Shown in pieces: positions 59,478 to 64,000 of a DNA stretch of 64,000 nucleotides. The stretch covers positions 10,361,817 through 10,425,816 of the forward strand of contig OZ199838.1 in assembly GCA_964304625.1 (NCBI GenBank). Reading direction: 5' to 3'. The notes beneath the pieces were generated by a model. The model did no database searches, was not told where the DNA came from, and was given only the letters and a program-made list of their open reading frames with translations. Position 1 is the first letter of the stretch; every line of letters starts with the position of its first letter. This stretch comes from Kudoa neothunni (lineage: Eukaryota > Animalia > Cnidaria). Both the position numbers and the translations under genes were made by a program.

Positions 59478-62434
59478 TGAGTCTTAAAGACCCCACGTGA
59501 TTTTTATATTGTTATAACATTTTTTAGTTTAAGCTGTCGACTCATAATAAATTTTTTTTCGCATATTTGTTTACAAAAATTATATAGATTTAAAAGATAT
59601 GGATTTTGAAAAATTTCCACAGTGTGATAACAATGATGCATTTTCGTCGGATTCAGAGACAACAGCTCTGATTCCTATTTTGATAACATACAATCAGAAG
59701 ATAGTGAAATATCTCATTCTGATATTTCAAAAGACTTTAGCGATGGAGAAGTGATTGTTGACTGTACATATACTAATAAAGAAATATTACACGGAGAGAA
59801 TTAAGAATGGTCTTCTAATCCAGTCGGTTTGTTTGGCATAAAAAAGAAGACTTGATATTATTCAAGTAAAACATCAAATCAATCTTCCTGATAATGTTAA
59901 TACGGAGTCTGAGATATAGAGCTTGTTTATTACAGACGAAATACTGTACGGCATATTGCGTTTTACAATTTACCACCTAAAAAAATACGAACTAATTTCA
60001 AAAGAAAAAGAGATTGTGTTGAATTTGATTTATATGAGTTAAAAGCGTTTATAGGTTTACATTATTTCCTTGCCGTAAAAAAACTAATTTAACCGATATG
60101 AAGAACTCTGGGCAGATGATATCTTTGGATTACCCATTTGCTAGAAAGTATTCGGCCAAAATAGATTTAAATTGTTGAATCGTTGTTTACGTTTTACGAA
60201 TGATTCTTCAATACCATCGGAGTCGTCTAATGATAGATTTTTTAAAATTAGAGATGTTACTAGCCGAAGAAAGTCGAATTTCTTAAAATATTATACTCCA
60301 ACAGAATATTTAACAATGGACGAAATGCTTCGAGCGTTCAGAGGCAACTGTATTTTTAAGCAATACATGCCGTTAAAGCCTGCAAAATGTGACATAAAAA
60401 TTTTGAATATGGCTGATGCTAAAACATTTTATACCTTAAGTATTGAGGTATTCTTAGGTGCTCAAAATGTTGGTATTTATAAAGTTGATAACTCACCGAG
60501 AAGTTCAGTACTGTGATTAGTAGAACCAATATTAGGTTCTGGTAGAAACGTTACGGTAGATAATTGGTTTACGTCAGTTCCTCTCATCGAAGAATTATTG
60601 AAACGTAGTATCACTACATGTAATACTATTAGAAAAAATAAAAAGACTATTCCCTTGGAACTTCTACCATCGAAGACAAAAGAAGTATATTCATCCATGT
60701 TTGGCTTTACCAAAGATTTTACATTGTTGTCGTACACTCCGAAAGAAAAAAAATTCCGTCATATTATTGAGTTCTTTTCACCACAAACCAGTAATCGATT
60801 CAAATCATTATCAAAAGCTTCCAGAAATGATTTCATTTTATAATTCCATCAAAGGAAGTGTAGACACAATCGACCAAATATGCGCCAACTATTCTACATA
60901 TAGAACTGCCATAAGGTGGTCAGCAGTAATATTTCATGCGCTTCTAGATGTAATTTATTGTTTATATACGAAGAAAAATATTAGGAGAAAAGGATTCTTA
61001 AAATCGTTAGCAATACAATCGCTAGAGCATCAAATGAATCGCAACAGTACAAATTAATCTAATAATAATATTAATGTAGATGAGGCAAAAATAAAAGATT
61101 ATGAACAAATATCTATCACTGCAGACAGAAAATGTCATATATGTGTTTGGAAAAATGATCGTAAAACGCAGTCAAAATGCAATATTTGTTGGGGAAATAT
61201 TTGCAAAAAACATTCTAAAGTTATGTGCGACGATTGTCATGTTAAACGATAATTATTTTATTAAATACAACGCTTTATTTGCATCATTTTCTTCGTGGGG
61301 TCTTTTAGACCCCATGTGTGCTTTCGAGTGGTATCTTTTTCGTGTGCTCCGGAGGGTTAATTTGGAAAGCGTATATTTTGAGATTATTTTAACATTTATT
61401 ACTCTTACTTAATGAATATTTGTTTGTTAATATAGAATGCAACAAAAAATGTAATACTAATTAAAAAATTTGTTAGGCGGATTTATATCGTTATAGAAAG
61501 TGATCAAAATATGAAAATAATCTTTAGTCGTAGTTTCGTAGAGTAATACATATTTTAGTAAGTAGAACATCTTTTTTAATCAATAAGTTATTCATTAATG
61601 CGTGGATAACCAATCTTGGCGGTGAATTATACTATTATACAATTCCATAAAACTTGTTCTTTTGCATGAATAATTAATTACCTTCCTAGGTATAATAACA
61701 ATTTTGGAATGAATACCATTTATTTAGCTCAAAAAATTATTTGAAACTTTAAACACCATTTTAATACAATTATAATGATAATGTAATTTTTTATATCAAT
61801 AATTGGCATATCAATATTGCAATAAATACTTTCTACGATCTAAAGACAGTTTGCAAATATAAATATGATATCTAATATTAAAATTCTAAATATACTAAAT
61901 TAGTAAGCAAGTCAGTGCTTTTATTTCAACATTACATAATGCTAGTTGCAAGTCATCTTTTACACGTGCGCAAAAAGCAGAAACACAAATGAATACATTT
62001 ATGTATAGTAAAACGAGTGGAATATTTTAATATTTAATTTTAAAAATAGTGGGTTTGATCAAAGTAAGTTTTTGAGTGTCTTAATTGTATATTAGTAATA
62101 ATCTTGTTTATGCTGATTTTTTAACGAATTAAATTTTAGATTTTCAAGCCTTTATTAAATTTTTAAATTAAGAGTTAATTTTAAAATCCTGTGCAAAATC
62201 GCGCAATATTCATGTATAAAATAAAAAAGTACAAACAATATTTAAGTTATTAAATGTAGGTATAAAATTTAATGAATATTCAAACTGATAATATAAAATG
62301 TCTTTAATTTTAATATTGTTTTACACTCCAATAAAATAAATTAAAATACACTAGCATAATTTCGATTTTTGTTAAATAAAGATATATGAATTATACCTTA
62401 TGAGATATTTTTTAGAAAATGTTATTCTATACGC

Positions 62435-64000
62435 CAGGGATAAATTAAGTGACATTAAAATTAGATGGGGCGATTTTTGCGAAATGCGGCTTGTGACTTA
62501 CTTAACCTTCCAAGCGTCTCTGGGGTCAATATGACCCCAGCCGGCATTCAGTCGTATTTTAAACCAACTTATAAGTCAAATTTATATTTAAAACCTTGGT
62601 TACTTTCCTAAAAATTCCCGATTTTTCTAAATTAACGGTACTAAATGTTTTTTTGAAATAAATAAGCTTTACACAAAAAATACCAACAATCTCCATCTTT
62701 TGGGGTCAATATGACCCAGTCAATTAGAAAAAAATATTTTATATATTTCTAAACTATAGATTAAATATTTTTAAACAATTTATTTAATTAGAATTGAAAT
62801 TTTGTTAAATAAACACGGAGTAAAATTAAAAATTAAATTTCCGATCGCCGGCGAGATAAATTTTTAACGATGACCGATTTTGACCACGATTTATTGTCAA
62901 ATAATGATACTAAGGTCAGTGAAATTTATGACGGAATTCAATAATTTAATTTTGCATCTGAATCTGATTTTTATGACAATGAAATTTCTGAAAATTGCTA
63001 TGTGGATAAAAATGGAGATAAGTGGTCGGTTGAAAAGCTTAGAATAACGGAAACCAGAGGTTATACTCCATTATAATCAATACAAGGGTGGTTTAGACAC
63101 AGTCGGCAGGATTATATCTACAACAAATGTCAAAAGATACACAGATCGATGACCAACAACTGTTTTCTACAATATGATTGATATTAGCTGAATTAACACA
63201 TTTCACATTACATGAATATTTTCTCAGATTAATCCAGCTCCAGGTTCAAATTTTTGGAACAGTTAGCTGATAGTCTAGTTAAAAATTATATTCGCGATAA
63301 CGTTAAATATGTTGAACAACACGTTGCGACTAGCGAGCCTCGATCTAGTAGAAAAAGATGTTTACCGTTTGACTATGTTCGAGACAAAAAAATAAAATCA
63401 TTCAGGTCCGATACACAATTATATCGTGAAAATCACTCAAAATTTACCAGCTGAAAGTGCTCCAAATAAATCAATTATTAGGCTTCAAAAAAATATATTA
63501 AACTCTTCATTTTTCTTTATAGATGATTGATTTTTTTAACTCTCAAAAATATACCTTACTCTAATTTTATCAAATATTTGGAACTTCATATATAGGAATA
63601 GTCATACGACTTACATTAGTCAAGAATGATTTACATACACAATTTTCATGCTTCGGTAGTATTCGTACAATCTCGTAGCCGCTATTTTTAGCCATTACTC
63701 CGAAGTTAATGATTAGATTTTAGTTTAGTCCCCATAAAACGTCATTAAATATTTTAGTACACAGTTATAAGAAAAAGATATATGGGGTCATATTGACCCC
63801 AAAAGAAGAGAGTGTATTGTCGATTTTGGGGCGCTCGGAAGACTAATGATTTCTAAGGAATTATACTATTTAGGGCAATTATATTCAATAAGTCGTTAGA
63901 AATGCTTAAAAAAATTTGTTAGAAATAGTTATTTAACAATTATTTATATAGATGCTATCAGTCTCTTGCTCCTATGCCTCATTTATTTTTTAGAGATGTA
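62435..64000 (+). mobile_element. hAT (Charlie-like) MITE split by a piggyBac insertion
   Basis: 62435-62501 and 63847-64000 join to match the 18220 and 31364 MITE family. Confidence 0.75.
62506..63842 (+). mobile_element. Internally deleted piggyBac element
   Basis: TTAA/CTAA flanks and TIR CCTTCCAAGCGTCTC / GGGGCGCTCGGAAGA. Three GGGGTCA-N3-TGACCC(C) palindromes. C-terminal transposase remnant at 63254-63454. Confidence 0.8.

Larger units (their letters stand above)
58001..61356 (+). mobile_element. piggyBac transposon with frameshifted transposase (~59600-61250), carrying nested hAT and SINE
   Basis: TTAA TSDs and TIR CCCTCCGGAGCAC / GTGCTCCGGAGGG. Motifs TMDEML..FRG.C.FKQYMPLKPAK, GRNVTVDNWFTS, YN..KGSVDTIDQ, and C-terminal Cys-rich CHIC..CNIC..ICKKH..CDDC. 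Confidence 0.95.

Overview
AT-rich eukaryotic (metazoan-like) genomic DNA with many 38-70 nt GT-AG introns. Genes sit in tightly packed islands separated by tracts of decayed transposons. The fast-evolving proteins and short introns suggest a reduced parasitic animal (myxozoan-like), but this is inference only. Recognisable genes: NADP-isocitrate dehydrogenase, a highly degenerate four-domain Cav-type channel alpha-1, a TPP1/ACD(Est3)-like OB-fold shelterin protein, VPS26, SDR39U1, SEC23, ZCCHC8, GNPNAT1, MRPL12, SNRPD1, a minimal Acinus and a PTCD3-like PPR protein, plus two small orphan membrane-protein candidates. Mobile DNA includes three piggyBac elements, two pogo/Tigger relics, a DD34E Tc1/IS630 element, hAT and Tigger MITEs, a Helitron and a tRNA-derived SINE, with several nested insertions. 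Most notable: (1) the Cav has largely neutralised S4 sensors, an altered selectivity filter and no recognisable AID or IQ motif; (2) the TPP1/Est3-like gene appears to continue in the +1 frame past AAA AAA TCT TAA; (3) the SINE carries a T-loop three-way junction and a Pr77/HDV-ribozyme-like segment, nested with a hAT element inside a piggyBac; (4) an NRF1-like GCGCRYGCGC motif recurs only 11-50 bp upstream of start codons. Gene models were spliced by eye and all homology calls are from recalled sequences, not database searches.
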